Positions 30,781 to 41,963 are shown, counted from the first letter of the stretch. The stretch is 64,000 nt of DNA from Bacteroidales bacterium (GCA_017616775.1 JAFZXM010000052.1:77282-141281), one strand, 5' to 3'. Numbers and translations are program-made. Notes: a model not told the origin generated them from the sequence alone.

Positions 30781-31821
30781 TTACCGGGTGATGATATGTA
30801 TGATTTTGCGGGAATATTCATCCACCCATTGTTTAAAGTGCAGGGGTGGGGAGTAGCTGAGTTTTTTTTCCAGAAATGCCGTTATGTTAAAATGCCGGCT
30901 ATGCCATCCTGCACCGCATTGCTGTGCTTCATGAGCGTTGCATTGTTGTTCAAAATTAGCGGGAACCATCCATACGGGTTTGTGCAGATACATGGCTTCG
31001 GCTATGGTTTCGAATCCGGCGGTGCTCATAAGGCCGTCGGCATGAGCCATATGTGCGGCAAAATTGCTGTTGTCAATAGGGTGGGTGTGTATATGAGGGT
31101 GTTTGCTTTCCGTCACGGTGTCGGAGAAGACGTGCAGGCTGACGGGGCAATTTTGTGATTCTAATTCTTGCAGATATCCGGCATTGAGCAGATAGCAGAG
31201 CAGGTAAGCCCGGTTGTCTTGTCGTGGGGGAGGTGGGGTAATATTCAAAAAAGGGGGGGCTGTGCAGAGATGTTTTTCGGGTATATCCGGCAAAGGTTTC
31301 AAAGACAGCCCTATGACAGTGTCCGCATGGGCACAGGTGATGCGGGTGAGCGTTTTGAGCATGAATTTGCGCAGGGCAAAGCGGGCGGGAAAGCTATATT
31401 GCGGATGTAAGAACATATATTGATGGGCAATACAGATTAAAGGCTTGCTGATATTGTGCCAACAATATGCCGGTCCGCACAGGGGCTCGTAAAAATTGAC
31501 AATTTTATCGGCAGAGGATTGCTGCAGTGTGCGGGCAATAAAGTTGATGGATTTAAAATAGCGGCCGCATACGGCCATGTTATAAACAATGCTGGCACAC
31601 AGGCGGGTGCGGGTGGGGGAGGTGATGAAATTGGGACTTGCGAACAAGGTGACCTCACAAGGAAAGGCCTCCTTTACATATTCCGGAATCTGCCTGAACG
31701 GGCTTACGCCTATGAGCACTTTTTCCAAAGCATGACCTTCCTGTTGCAGTTGCTTCCATAAGGTAATGGCTTGTGTAAAATGCCCTCTCCCTTCACCTTG
31801 TATGATAAACAGGAATGTCAT
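30781..31821 (-). CDS. GT-B fold glycosyltransferase (MurG/UDP-glycosyltransferase-like)
   Basis: 346 aa. N-terminal IQGEGRGHFTQAI glycine-rich loop and C-terminal ..STAGFETIAEAMYLHKP... Start overlaps the folP stop by 1 nt (TAATG). Confidence 0.55.
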   Translation of the reverse strand: MTFLFIIQGEGRGHFTQAITLWKQLQQEGHALEKVLIGVSPFRQIPEYVKEAFPCEVTLFASPNFITSPTRTRLCASIVYNMAVCGRYFKSINFIARTLQQSSADKIVNFYEPLCGPAYCWHNISKPLICIAHQYMFLHPQYSFPARFALRKFMLKTLTRITCAHADTVIGLSLKPLPDIPEKHLCTAPPFLNITPPPPRQDNRAYLLCYLLNAGYLQELESQNCPVSLHVFSDTVTESKHPHIHTHPIDNSNFAAHMAHADGLMSTAGFETIAEAMYLHKPVWMVPANFEQQCNAHEAQQCGAGWHSRHFNITAFLEKKLSYSPPLHFKQWVDEYSRKIIHIITR

Positions 31822-32645
31822 TATACTATTTGGGATACTATTTTGACGGCATCAAGTGCCGGTTTGACATCATGCACGCGGAGTATGTCGGCACCTTGCA
31901 TTAGCGCAATGGTGTCGGCGGCAACGGTGGCATATAGCGTTTCTTCAGGAGTGGTGTTCAAGAGCTTGTATAACATGCTCTTGCGGGAAATCCCCGCCAA
32001 CACCGGACATTTTAATTGCTTGAATACCGATAAATGTTTCAGCAGGGTGTAATTCTGTTGTACCGTTTTGCCGAAACCGAAACCGGGATCTATAATCACA
32101 TCGTTGACACCCATGGACCTGAGGGTGTGTAATTTTTCACTTAAAAAACAGAGTATATCTCCAATCACATCGTTATAGTCGGTATGTTGTTGCATCTCCT
32201 GCGGCAAACCTGTGGTGTGGGTGAGTATATATGGCACATGAAGTTGTGCCACGGTGGAGAACATATCGGGGTCAAAAGTGCCTCCGGAGATATCATTGAT
32301 AATACCTACCCCTTGTTCCACAGCCGTTTGAGCAACCTTTGAACGGTAGGTGTCTATCGAAAACAAAGCTTTTGACATGTAAGGACGGAGGATGTTTAAA
32401 GTATATTGCAATGCATTTAGTTCTTCATCTTCACTAATGGGAGTAGCCATAGGATTGGTAGCCATACAACCGATATCAATGATATCGGCTCCTTCCCGGA
32501 GTAATTTTTCCGTTTGGGTTTTTATGGCTGCTTCACAGGTATAGCGGCCTCCGTCGTAAAATGAATGCCGGGTTACATTAAGTATGCCCATAATGCACGG
32601 ACGGGTAAATTGTACGATATTCCCTTTATGGTTGATAGTCATCAT
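31821..32645 (-). CDS. folP: dihydropteroate synthase
   Basis: GILNVTRHSFYDGG, DIIDIGCMATNP, IDPGFGFGK motifs. Start moved to ATG 32645 because the track TTG start overlaps the -7 box. Confidence 0.85.
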   Translation of the reverse strand: MMTINHKGNIVQFTRPCIMGILNVTRHSFYDGGRYTCEAAIKTQTEKLLREGADIIDIGCMATNPMATPISEDEELNALQYTLNILRPYMSKALFSIDTYRSKVAQTAVEQGVGIINDISGGTFDPDMFSTVAQLHVPYILTHTTGLPQEMQQHTDYNDVIGDILCFLSEKLHTLRSMGVNDVIIDPGFGFGKTVQQNYTLLKHLSVFKQLKCPVLAGISRKSMLYKLLNTTPEETLYATVAADTIALMQGADILRVHDVKPALDAVKIVSQIV

Positions 32646-32663
32646 AACGCTATGAATAAAATG

Positions 32664-32671
32664 CAAAGGTA
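32664..32671 (-). promoter_or_regulatory. -7 box (TACCTTTG, minus) for folP
   Basis: The forward-strand sequence CAAAGGTA is the reverse complement of TACCTTTG. It lies 19 nt upstream of ATG 32645. Confidence 0.5.
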
Positions 32672-32766
32672 TTATTTTTTTATTGATTGTTTAAAGAATG
32701 CGGTTTCTTTGGAAATAAAAAAAATTTTTTTTAAATTCACTGCTTGTATGCCGGGCACCGATGAGG

Positions 32767-32797
32767 TTTTCAGGGCGGGCGGAGCCCGCCCTGAAAA
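32767..32797. terminator. strong 14-bp-stem GC-rich hairpin flanked by T/A runs (terminator-like) in a divergent intergenic region
   Basis: TTTTCAGGGCGGGC-gga-GCCCGCCCTGAAAA. Confidence 0.45.
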
Positions 32798-32848
32798 TGA
32801 ATAGACAAACCGATATCGGGTTCAGGCAGGAAAGTGATAAAAAAATGC

Positions 32849-32856
32849 TATCTTTG
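32849..32856 (+). promoter_or_regulatory. -7 box (TATCTTTG)
   Basis: TAnnTTTG about 105 nt upstream of ATG 32962. Confidence 0.4.
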
Positions 32857-32961
32857 CAAGCAAGAAAATGATAATGTATTTTGTGGAGCCGGAATAGCTG
32901 AAACAGCGGAAACAAGTCCGGAACACAGGCACGGATTTTTTATTGAATTAAAATAAAAGGT

Positions 32962-33279
32962 ATGGAACCGGTCAAAAAAGAGGCGTATAATTATTACCTG
33001 AATAGCAATCTGAAATCGGATACCGATAACATGTCCGTGCCGGTGGCAAATACTACAGCGAATACCCGTACTCTGCAGGAAGAAACACCGGATGAAGCAC
33101 AGCACAAGCCACTCACCACGGGGCAAGTGGTGGTGGGCGGCATGATAGGAGTGTGCCTGTTTATGTTGCTTTTGGTGCTGTTTACCAAATTGATAGGTGG
33201 TTTAAAAGAGAAATTTCAACGAAAAAATACCAAAAACGATAATGATGATAAAAACGATAGAGGCGAAAGCAGCCTATGA
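32962..33279 (+). CDS. hypothetical small single-pass membrane protein
   Basis: 105 aa with one clear TM helix (VVVGGMIGVCLFMLLLVLFTKLIGG). Overlaps the next ORF by 38 nt. No recognisable family. Confidence 0.3.
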   Translation: MEPVKKEAYNYYLNSNLKSDTDNMSVPVANTTANTRTLQEETPDEAQHKPLTTGQVVVGGMIGVCLFMLLLVLFTKLIGGLKEKFQRKNTKNDNDDKNDRGESSL

Positions 33280-33610
33280 AGCCATACAGCAGGGTGCGGT
33301 ATTGGTGGATGTAAGAGAAAAGGAAGAAACAGAAGAAAAATGGGTGGACCTGCCGGGAGTGGTAAAATTACCTTATTCCGGTTTGGAGGGGAATATAGCT
33401 GTGCTCCCGTCGGATAAACCGCTTATTGTATGTTGTGCGGTAGGCATAGTAAGCGAAATGGCGGTGCCTGTGTTGCACAATCACGGATATACAAACGTAC
33501 AAGTGTTGGAGAACGGTTTGGTATCGTGGCAGGAGGCACATCTGCCCATCAAATCATCGCAGGATATGCATTGCCATTGTAATTGCGGTAAGGCCCATCA
33601 TGAAAAATAA
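33242..33610 (+). CDS. rhodanese-like domain protein
   Basis: 122 aa. Active-site loop context LIVCCAVGIVS and a His/Cys-rich tail HCHCNCGKAHHEK. Confidence 0.65.
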   Translation: MMIKTIEAKAAYEAIQQGAVLVDVREKEETEEKWVDLPGVVKLPYSGLEGNIAVLPSDKPLIVCCAVGIVSEMAVPVLHNHGYTNVQVLENGLVSWQEAHLPIKSSQDMHCHCNCGKAHHEK

Positions 33611-33616
33611 TTAATT

Positions 33617-34615
33617 ATGAAACCATCATTAAACGGGATATTTGAAGCCTTTAACGGTAAAAATATTTTGGTGATAGGGGATGTCATGCTTGACGAATAT
33701 ATAGAAGGCAAGGTGAACCGTCTTTCACCCGAAGCCCCTGTTCCCATAGTGGATATCACCTCACGTTATACCCGTATGGGCGGAGCCGCCAATGTGGCAT
33801 TGAATATAAAAGCTTTGGGCGGTAATCCTATATTGTGCTCAGTAATAGGGTATGACGAAAAAAGTGACAGCTTGGTGCACCTGTTGGAGGAGCGGCAAAT
33901 GTCGGTGCAGGGTATTGTCAGAAGCAAACACCGTTGCGCAACGGTAAAATACAGGGTGTTGGGCAATAACACACAGTTGCTTCGCTTGGATGAAGAAATG
34001 AAGAGCCCCTTGACGGACGAAGACCATGCTCTGCTGGTCCGGCAAATGGAGGCTATGATGGACAGCGGCATTGTTGACGGGATAGTGTTTGAAGATTATG
34101 ACAAAGGGATAATTTCGCCCCCGCTGATAGACAAGGTGATGGAATCGGCTGTAAGGAAGCATATTCCGGTATCGGTGGATCCCAAAAAGAATAATTTTTT
34201 GTCTTATCATCATGCAGATGTGTTCAAGCCGAATTGGAAAGAGATGAAAGAAGGCTTGAATCTTATTGCCGATAAACCCGATGAAGCCTCTTTGGACAAG
34301 ATAAGGCAGCTGATGCGGGAAAAACATTTTTCCATGGTGGTGCTCACCCTTTCCGAAGACGGAGTGTTGTTGTTGTATCACCGTAACAATGACATAGAGG
34401 ATATACACATACCCACACGGGTCAGACAGGTGGCCGATGTGTCGGGGGCGGGAGATACCATGATAGCGGTGGCTTCGCTTGCATTGATAGCGGGTGTGGC
34501 TCCCGAAGAAATGGTGCAGTTGGCAAATTTGGCCGGAGGCATGGTGTGCGAGCAAGTGGGGGTGGTTCCCATAGACAAGCAACTTTTTTTTGAAGAAGCC
34601 GTAAAAAGTTGGTAA
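33617..34615 (+). CDS. PfkB-family sugar kinase, RfaE/HldE domain I-like (heptose-7-phosphate kinase)
   Basis: ILVIGDVMLDEYIEGKVNRLSPEAPVPIV, GGAANVALN, and the PfkB signature VADVSGAGDTMIA. Confidence 0.75.
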   Translation: MKPSLNGIFEAFNGKNILVIGDVMLDEYIEGKVNRLSPEAPVPIVDITSRYTRMGGAANVALNIKALGGNPILCSVIGYDEKSDSLVHLLEERQMSVQGIVRSKHRCATVKYRVLGNNTQLLRLDEEMKSPLTDEDHALLVRQMEAMMDSGIVDGIVFEDYDKGIISPPLIDKVMESAVRKHIPVSVDPKKNNFLSYHHADVFKPNWKEMKEGLNLIADKPDEASLDKIRQLMREKHFSMVVLTLSEDGVLLLYHRNNDIEDIHIPTRVRQVADVSGAGDTMIAVASLALIAGVAPEEMVQLANLAGGMVCEQVGVVPIDKQLFFEEAVKSW

Positions 34616-34651
34616 GAACAATTTTTTGAACAAGCTTGCGTTATCATTGAT

Positions 34652-35362
34652 ATGAAAATAAGAAAAACGCTCATAACGGTATTGCTGGCAAGTGTCACTA
34701 CCTTGCTTCATGCGCAGCTGAAGCCGCATAACATGCCGGAATATGATCTTAAAATATTCCATTTCGGTTATGCTATCGGCTATAATTTCGCCAATTTTGC
34801 AGTCCAGCCGCAATCCAACTTGAATGAATACGATTCGCTGATGCGTGTGGAAACAGCCGGTATGAGCGGCTTTGATATAGGAATAGTGGTGAATTTGCGT
34901 TTGGCAGAGTATCTGGATTTGCGTTTTATCCCCAATATCTCCCTTATAGACCGCAAGGTGGATTATAAATTGCAATATGGAGCCGGCAATACGGTGAAGT
35001 GGGTGTCGAAGAGTATAGAATCGGTGGATTTGAATTTGCCTTTGCTGCTCAAGCTGAAGTCTTCACGCATGGGCAATTTCCGCTTTTATGCCATTGGCGG
35101 TCTGCAATATAGCTTTGATATGGCCACGCGCTCCAAAAAACGGAATCCCACCAATGAGGTGGTGCTGAAATTAAAAGCGCATGATGTGGATGTGCAGGCC
35201 GGAGTGGGGGTGGATTTTTATCTTCCCAGTTTTAAATTGAGCTTGGAGGGCAAAATGTCGTATGGCATTGTCAATATCCTCAAGCCGGAGGACAACACTA
35301 TCACCAATAGCATTAAAAGGCTTAGCACCAAAACATTTCACTTTTCCATTCTTTTTGAATAA
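34652..35362 (+). CDS. outer-membrane beta-barrel protein (PorT/OMP_b-brl-like)
   Basis: Signal peptide, alternating beta-strand pattern, terminal ..FHFSILFE. Size and N-terminus resemble PorT/SprT-type barrels. Confidence 0.5.
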   Translation: MKIRKTLITVLLASVTTLLHAQLKPHNMPEYDLKIFHFGYAIGYNFANFAVQPQSNLNEYDSLMRVETAGMSGFDIGIVVNLRLAEYLDLRFIPNISLIDRKVDYKLQYGAGNTVKWVSKSIESVDLNLPLLLKLKSSRMGNFRFYAIGGLQYSFDMATRSKKRNPTNEVVLKLKAHDVDVQAGVGVDFYLPSFKLSLEGKMSYGIVNILKPEDNTITNSIKRLSTKTFHFSILFE

Positions 35363-35372
35363 GCATTGTTTG

Positions 35373-35849
35373 TCAGGTAAGGCGTACATAAAAACGCACC
35401 ACACGTGTTGAGGTGAATATTTCTTCCCATTTATCGGTTTCAAAGTCTATGCAAAAGCAAGCCCCTGTTTGCATATAATGGGAAAAATCGGGAATAAAAA
35501 ATTGTGCGAGAGTGCTTACCTGAGGGTTGTGCCCGATAATCATGCTTGCATTGATATTGTTGTCTTGTCCTACTATGGTGTAGATATAATGTTCGGATGT
35601 TCCGGTGTAGAGGTCGGGCTCTTCTATTATGTTTTGAGGCGGAACTTGCAGATGTTCTGCTAAAATTCGGCATGTTTGTAATGCGCGGCGTGCGGTGCTG
35701 GTGTGGATAATGTCCACGGAACAATGGTTGTTGACCAAATATTTTCCCAAAAGATGGGTGCGCTCTATGCCCAAAGGAAGCAGTTCGCGTGCAATATCGT
35801 CAATATTGGAATTGGTTTTGGCGTGTCGTACTATATACAATGTTTTCAT
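35373..35849 (-). CDS. histidine phosphatase family protein (SixA-like)
   Basis: 158 aa. LYIVRHAKT (RHG-type motif) and a later GHNP. Confidence 0.7.
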   Translation of the reverse strand: MKTLYIVRHAKTNSNIDDIARELLPLGIERTHLLGKYLVNNHCSVDIIHTSTARRALQTCRILAEHLQVPPQNIIEEPDLYTGTSEHYIYTIVGQDNNINASMIIGHNPQVSTLAQFFIPDFSHYMQTGACFCIDFETDKWEEIFTSTRVVRFYVRLT

Positions 35850-35861
35850 GGCGGAATAACT

Positions 35862-36554
35862 TTAAAAGAATGGTATTTGATTGCCCAAAGGGAAAAAGCA
35901 TTTTATGGTATATATGTTGATAATAAAGTTGATAATCATAAACACCAGGGCATGAACAAAGGCCGGAATATGCGTGATGCCGGCCAATACGGTGGCGTCT
36001 CCCGCTTGTTGCGGGCAGCGCCAGGCCAAAACCAGCAATTGGCATACCGCTATGATGGATTCTATAAAAATAATAAATGCATATATTTGACATGCATAGT
36101 CGGTTAACGACGGTATGTTTTTATATAGCATATAGGCATTGAGAGCGATAAAAGTGATGGTCCAGAATATGCCGAAGCCGTTGCGTATGTAAAAAATCAA
36201 AAAGAGCAACAATATAACGCATAAGGCGATGATGAAATATTGGGAGAAATTCCTGCTGACGGCGGCAAAAGCGACAAAAGCGGCAGCTGCCGATGCGGGA
36301 TAGCCTGCCAGGGCTATCAAAAATGTTTTGCCTTTACTGCTTACTATGCGGGTGTCTCCTGCCAAATTGCTGAACAGATTGACTTTATTGATACGGCACC
36401 GTAAAAGCAAAGCACACAAAACATGGCCGCCTTCGTGGAAGATGGTGTCCAGCAAGCGTATGTATTTGCCGATGAATGGAATATACATGATACACAGACA
36501 TACAAGCATTTTCAAATAAAATACCAAAGTCTCATTTTCCAACCATGCCTGCAT
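35862..36554 (-). CDS. M50B-like membrane metallopeptidase
   Basis: 230 aa, polytopic, with an HExxH motif within TIFHEGGHVLCALL. Confidence 0.55.
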   Translation of the reverse strand: MQAWLENETLVFYLKMLVCLCIMYIPFIGKYIRLLDTIFHEGGHVLCALLLRCRINKVNLFSNLAGDTRIVSSKGKTFLIALAGYPASAAAAFVAFAAVSRNFSQYFIIALCVILLLFLIFYIRNGFGIFWTITFIALNAYMLYKNIPSLTDYACQIYAFIIFIESIIAVCQLLVLAWRCPQQAGDATVLAGITHIPAFVHALVFMIINFIINIYTIKCFFPLGNQIPFF

Positions 36555-36571
36555 GAATTTCTTTTTTTTTG

Positions 36572-36579
36572 CAAAGATA
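36572..36579 (-). promoter_or_regulatory. -7 box (TATCTTTG, minus)
   Basis: The forward-strand sequence CAAAGATA is the reverse complement of TATCTTTG. It lies 18 nt upstream of ATG 36554. Confidence 0.55.
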
Positions 36580-36627
36580 CAATTTTATTTGCCATAGATA
36601 GCAGTTTGGAGTAAAAAGACTGTCTTT

Positions 36628-37251
36628 TTACAACAGCAGGGCGGTGATGGCGGAGGCTTGCAGCCAACCTAAAGCGTATCCTATATAGATTTGGGCGGGG
36701 GTGTGTGCGTTAAGATACAGGCGGGAGGCTCCCAAACAGCCGGCAAGCAGCAGCATGACCGGAATAATCCACCAAAAATATGTGGGAAACACCTGCAGAT
36801 ACACCAGGGTATAAAGTATGCCCGTCACCGTGCCGAAGAAAAACAGGTGGGCGCTCATTTTCCAGAATATACTTACTATGAGTATGGTGTATAGTGCGGG
36901 TATGGTTATGCGGAGAAGCAGGGCGGTAAAGGCATTGCCGTAAGTAGGACAATACATCCATATTATCAATGGCACAGCAAAACAAAGGAATCCTAATGGT
37001 CTGTCGGAGCGGTGCTTGAGAGTGAAGCTTTTGATCCATCGGGCTTTATAGCATATTATTAACAGCAATAAACTAACGGTTATGCATATAAGCAGTTGTT
37101 TTACGGACATCAGTAGGATATAGGGCGCATAGCTGTACCGCAAGCAGGTAATGGTAATAAATAATATTACAAATACCGTGGCGGGGTGCAGCAATGCAGA
37201 AAATGTTTTTGCTATGATGTTTTTCATTGCCGGATGTTTGTCAATAAACAA
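36628..37251 (-). CDS. hypothetical polytopic membrane protein (weak PAP2-like C-terminal motif)
   Basis: 207 aa with about 6 TM helices. ASRLYLNAHTPAQ loosely resembles the PAP2 SRxxxxxH motif. Confidence 0.3.
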   Translation of the reverse strand: MFIDKHPAMKNIIAKTFSALLHPATVFVILFITITCLRYSYAPYILLMSVKQLLICITVSLLLLIICYKARWIKSFTLKHRSDRPLGFLCFAVPLIIWMYCPTYGNAFTALLLRITIPALYTILIVSIFWKMSAHLFFFGTVTGILYTLVYLQVFPTYFWWIIPVMLLLAGCLGASRLYLNAHTPAQIYIGYALGWLQASAITALLL

Positions 37252-37298
37252 AAAGCGAGAAACCGAGGCTTCCCGCTTTTGTTGTGCCTGATAGTGTA

Positions 37299-38651
<1,353 letters not shown>

Positions 38652-38782
38652 TTAATGTTATTTTTCAGGATAACGGTTAAAAAAACTGATATCACACACT
38701 GATGGTGACGATAATATATACTTTTTTTCAGTCTGAAAAAAGATTGTGTGCCATGGTTGGCAAAATGCATTTGTTTTTTGTG

Positions 38783-38790
38783 TAATTTTG
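38783..38790 (+). promoter_or_regulatory. -7 box (TAATTTTG) for the phosphoglucomutase gene
   Basis: TAnnTTTG 19 nt upstream of ATG 38809. Confidence 0.55.
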
Positions 38791-38808
38791 CAAAAAAAAA
38801 GTGAAAGT

Positions 38809-40533
38809 ATGGAAACACTGACAAAACAAAATGTTGACACATGGCTGAATGGTAATTATGATGCCTCTGACAAAGAGCTGGTTAAGCAAATGATGCAGTC
38901 CGATCCCGAAGAATTGGAAGATGCTTTTTATAAAAGTTTGGAATTCGGAACAGGTGGTTTGCGCGGTATAATGGGCGTGGGTACCAATAGGATGAACAAA
39001 TATAATGTAGCCATGGCTACCCAAGGCTTGGCCAATTATATTGTCAAATCTTTTGCGCAGCGCCCTCTCAAGGCTGCGGTGTCTCACGACAGCCGTAACA
39101 ATAGTCGCCAATTTGCGGAAATTACAGCAAAAGTATTGGCGGCCAACGGATTTAAAGTTTATTTGTTTGAAGATTTGCGTCCCACGCCGGAATTGTCATT
39201 TGCGGTAAGGCATTTTGAGTGTCAGGTAGGGGTGATGATTACCGCATCGCATAATCCCAAAGAATATAACGGATACAAGGCCTATTGGAATGACGGCTGC
39301 CAATTGGTGGCCCCTCACGACAAAAATGTGATAGCCGAAGTGCAGCGTATAGACTCCATAGATAGCATTAAAATGCAGGGAGGAGAAGACAATATTACGA
39401 TTATAGGGGAAGAAACGGATAACATATATATGAACAGGGTAGCGCAGAATTGTCTGTTGCCGCAGGCAATAAAGCGCCAGCATGATTTGAAGATAGTGTA
39501 TTCCCCTTTGCACGGCACGGGTATCACACTGGTGCCGAAAATGTTGGCGAAATTAGGGTTTACCAATGTGCATCTTGTGGAATCGCAGGCTGTTCCCGAC
39601 GGAAATTTTCCTACCGCCCCGTCTCCCAATCCTGAAGAAAAATCGGCGATGGAATTGGCGGTGAATCTGGCAAAAGAAATAGATGCGGATATAGTGATGG
39701 CAACCGATCCCGATGCCGACCGTGTGGGCGTAGCCGTCAAACGCCCGCAAGGACAGTGGATGCTGCTCAACGGTAATCAAACGGCCTCCATTTTGATATA
39801 TTATCTGCTCAAACAATGGAATGAAACAGGTAAAAACACAGGAAAAGAATATATTGTTAAAACCATAGTCACTTCGGATATCTTGTCCGACATAGCTGCC
39901 AAAAATAAGGTAAAGTCTTATGATGTGCTCACAGGTTTCAAATACATAGGCGACAAAATCCGCGAATTGGAAGGCAAAGAGCATTTCATAGGCGGAGGAG
40001 AAGAAAGTTACGGTTATCTTATCGGTGATTTTGTAAGGGATAAAGATGCCGTGGGCGCCTGTGCCATGATAGCCGAAATAGCCGCATGGGGCAAAGAACA
40101 GGGAAAGACATTTTTTGACATTTTGGTTGACCTGTACCGGGAATACGGTTTTTATAAAGAAGACTTATTGTCCATTACCAAAAAAGGAAAGAGCGGAAGT
40201 GAAGAAATACAGCGGATGATGCAACAATTCCGCCAATGTCCGCCTGCAGAAATTAACGGTGCGGCAGTGGTGGAAGTCAGGGATTATCTGTCGTCGCAGG
40301 CCAAAAATATGCTCACAGGCCTTGTCACTCCTGTTTTGTTACCCAAAAGTGATGTTATACAATATTTTATTTCAGACGGCAGTAAAATCACCATGCGGCC
40401 TTCCGGCACGGAACCCAAAATCAAATTCTATTTCAGTGTCAAAGGACAATTGCGAAATGCAAATGAATACGACACAGCGGAACGGGAACTTGCGCAAAAG
40501 ATAGAAAACATCAGGCGGAGCTTGCATTTATAG
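38809..40533 (+). CDS. phospho-sugar mutase (phosphoglucomutase/phosphomannomutase, PgcA-like)
   Basis: Phosphoserine loop GVMITASHNPKEYNGYK and metal site ATDPDADR. Start moved to ATG 38809, downstream of the -7 box. Confidence 0.85.
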   Translation: METLTKQNVDTWLNGNYDASDKELVKQMMQSDPEELEDAFYKSLEFGTGGLRGIMGVGTNRMNKYNVAMATQGLANYIVKSFAQRPLKAAVSHDSRNNSRQFAEITAKVLAANGFKVYLFEDLRPTPELSFAVRHFECQVGVMITASHNPKEYNGYKAYWNDGCQLVAPHDKNVIAEVQRIDSIDSIKMQGGEDNITIIGEETDNIYMNRVAQNCLLPQAIKRQHDLKIVYSPLHGTGITLVPKMLAKLGFTNVHLVESQAVPDGNFPTAPSPNPEEKSAMELAVNLAKEIDADIVMATDPDADRVGVAVKRPQGQWMLLNGNQTASILIYYLLKQWNETGKNTGKEYIVKTIVTSDILSDIAAKNKVKSYDVLTGFKYIGDKIRELEGKEHFIGGGEESYGYLIGDFVRDKDAVGACAMIAEIAAWGKEQGKTFFDILVDLYREYGFYKEDLLSITKKGKSGSEEIQRMMQQFRQCPPAEINGAAVVEVRDYLSSQAKNMLTGLVTPVLLPKSDVIQYFISDGSKITMRPSGTEPKIKFYFSVKGQLRNANEYDTAERELAQKIENIRRSLHL

Positions 40534-40601
40534 TCTGCGCATGAAAACATATTGTCCCGATACAATATATATTATTTGCAGTAAAAGCAGCCGGGTGAAC
40601 G

Positions 40602-40635
40602 CAAAAGGAAAAACATCATGATGTTTTTCCTTTTG
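40602..40635. terminator. perfect 34-bp palindrome, bidirectional terminator between convergent genes
   Basis: CAAAAGGAAAAACATCA|TGATGTTTTTCCTTTTG. Confidence 0.7.
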
Positions 40636-40683
40636 TTTGCATATATTCCGATTTTTGCGGGGCAAAAATGCAGTGAAGGAAAA

Positions 40684-41835
40684 TTATTGTTTGTCTTTTT
40701 GTGCTTTTCGCAGAGCCCACAAGCGGACTAAAACGGTCAACATAATAGGAAAGGCGGCTGTGTTGAATTGTTGCGGCAACAATCCCGGCACCGCCCCTGC
40801 CAAAGCAATAAGCACGCACAGCATCACGGCATAGATAACCGCGGGAGAAGTGCGTTTGAGCCTGAATAGCAATATCCATGCTAACGGGTTAATCCACAGA
40901 ATGTTTAAATTGTATTTGGTGGCATAATGGTCGGATATCAGCCATAGATACAATATCAGGGTGCTTAAAAGTGCCAGAGCGAGATATAACAGAATATCGA
41001 ATGGTTTTGCGTAGAAGTGAGCCCTGCGTTCGAAAAAGGTGATGAATAATGCTATTAAAAATAATATGGAAAAAATGATATTGGGCGATACAGCGGTGGG
41101 CGGTATGGTGGACGTTTGCCTGAGAAGATGGTCGGTTTGTTGAACCAGGCCTCCCTTTTGATGTCCCAATATGCAGGTGTCCGCTTGTTTTTCCATGTCA
41201 AAAGGGATATACATATATTCCCATTCATTCAGTTTTTTATCGGTGCGCATGCCCAGCAGTAAATCTATGGAAAGTCTCCACCAAAGTTGGTCGGTGGTGT
41301 AGATATAATATAAATTTCTATAAGTGAGAGCATTGGCGGACTGCCGGTGGGAAAAAAGAGAGTCGGAAAAGGATGATTGAAGTATGTCGCGGATGCGTGT
41401 GGCGCAATTGTCTCTAAAAAAATCGTAGGCATAATAGCGGTTTTCGGGTTTATAGTTTTCTTCCAGCAGAGCGTATAATTTATTTTTTTCATCCGGGGTC
41501 ATGTTGAGCACTTGCATGGTAACACTTCTGCCTTCGTAAGCATAACTTTGTAAAAACGGTTCCGTATAGTCTGCGGCCAGCATGTAAGGCAAGCGTCCTT
41601 GGGCAAATTTCAAATAAAAATGAGGCTCGTTAAAACTGAACACGCCATAGTTGAATACATAGTCTATGTTCAGGCTGTCGTCTTGTATTCTGATGGCGCT
41701 GTGGCCGAAGGATTCATAAAATTCGCTGCCGGGACCGCAGGTAAGCAGGCTTACCTTTGATTGATTGCTCAATTGCGCTTGCAGAGAAACACAAAACAGG
41801 CAAAATGCAATTGTTATCCATATTTTTTTTGTCAT
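40684..41835 (-). CDS. DUF4105 (Lnb N-terminal periplasmic domain) membrane protein
   Basis: VSLLTCGPGSEFYESFGHSAIRIQD is the DUF4105 hallmark, followed by several C-terminal TM helices. Start moved to ATG 41835, downstream of the -7 box. Confidence 0.65.
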   Translation of the reverse strand: MTKKIWITIAFCLFCVSLQAQLSNQSKVSLLTCGPGSEFYESFGHSAIRIQDDSLNIDYVFNYGVFSFNEPHFYLKFAQGRLPYMLAADYTEPFLQSYAYEGRSVTMQVLNMTPDEKNKLYALLEENYKPENRYYAYDFFRDNCATRIRDILQSSFSDSLFSHRQSANALTYRNLYYIYTTDQLWWRLSIDLLLGMRTDKKLNEWEYMYIPFDMEKQADTCILGHQKGGLVQQTDHLLRQTSTIPPTAVSPNIIFSILFLIALFITFFERRAHFYAKPFDILLYLALALLSTLILYLWLISDHYATKYNLNILWINPLAWILLFRLKRTSPAVIYAVMLCVLIALAGAVPGLLPQQFNTAAFPIMLTVLVRLWALRKAQKDKQ

Positions 41836-41856
41836 AATCCAATATTTCCTGAATTG

Positions 41857-41864
41857 CAAAGATA
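41857..41864 (-). promoter_or_regulatory. -7 box (TATCTTTG, minus)
   Basis: The forward-strand sequence CAAAGATA is the reverse complement of TATCTTTG. It lies 22 nt upstream of ATG 41835. Confidence 0.55.
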
Positions 41865-41963
41865 CTATTTTTACGGCTAAATATTTGCCGGCAGATAAAA
41901 TATTTTGTGCGGCATAACGGATAAAATAAAAAGCAAACCATTGTTTTGTATTGAAAAAAAAGC

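Noticed and set aside
33839-34975. 378-aa minus-strand ORF
   Set aside because: It is antisense to the RfaE-like kinase and the OMP gene, is H/F/Q-rich low complexity, and has no promoter box. It is a shadow ORF.
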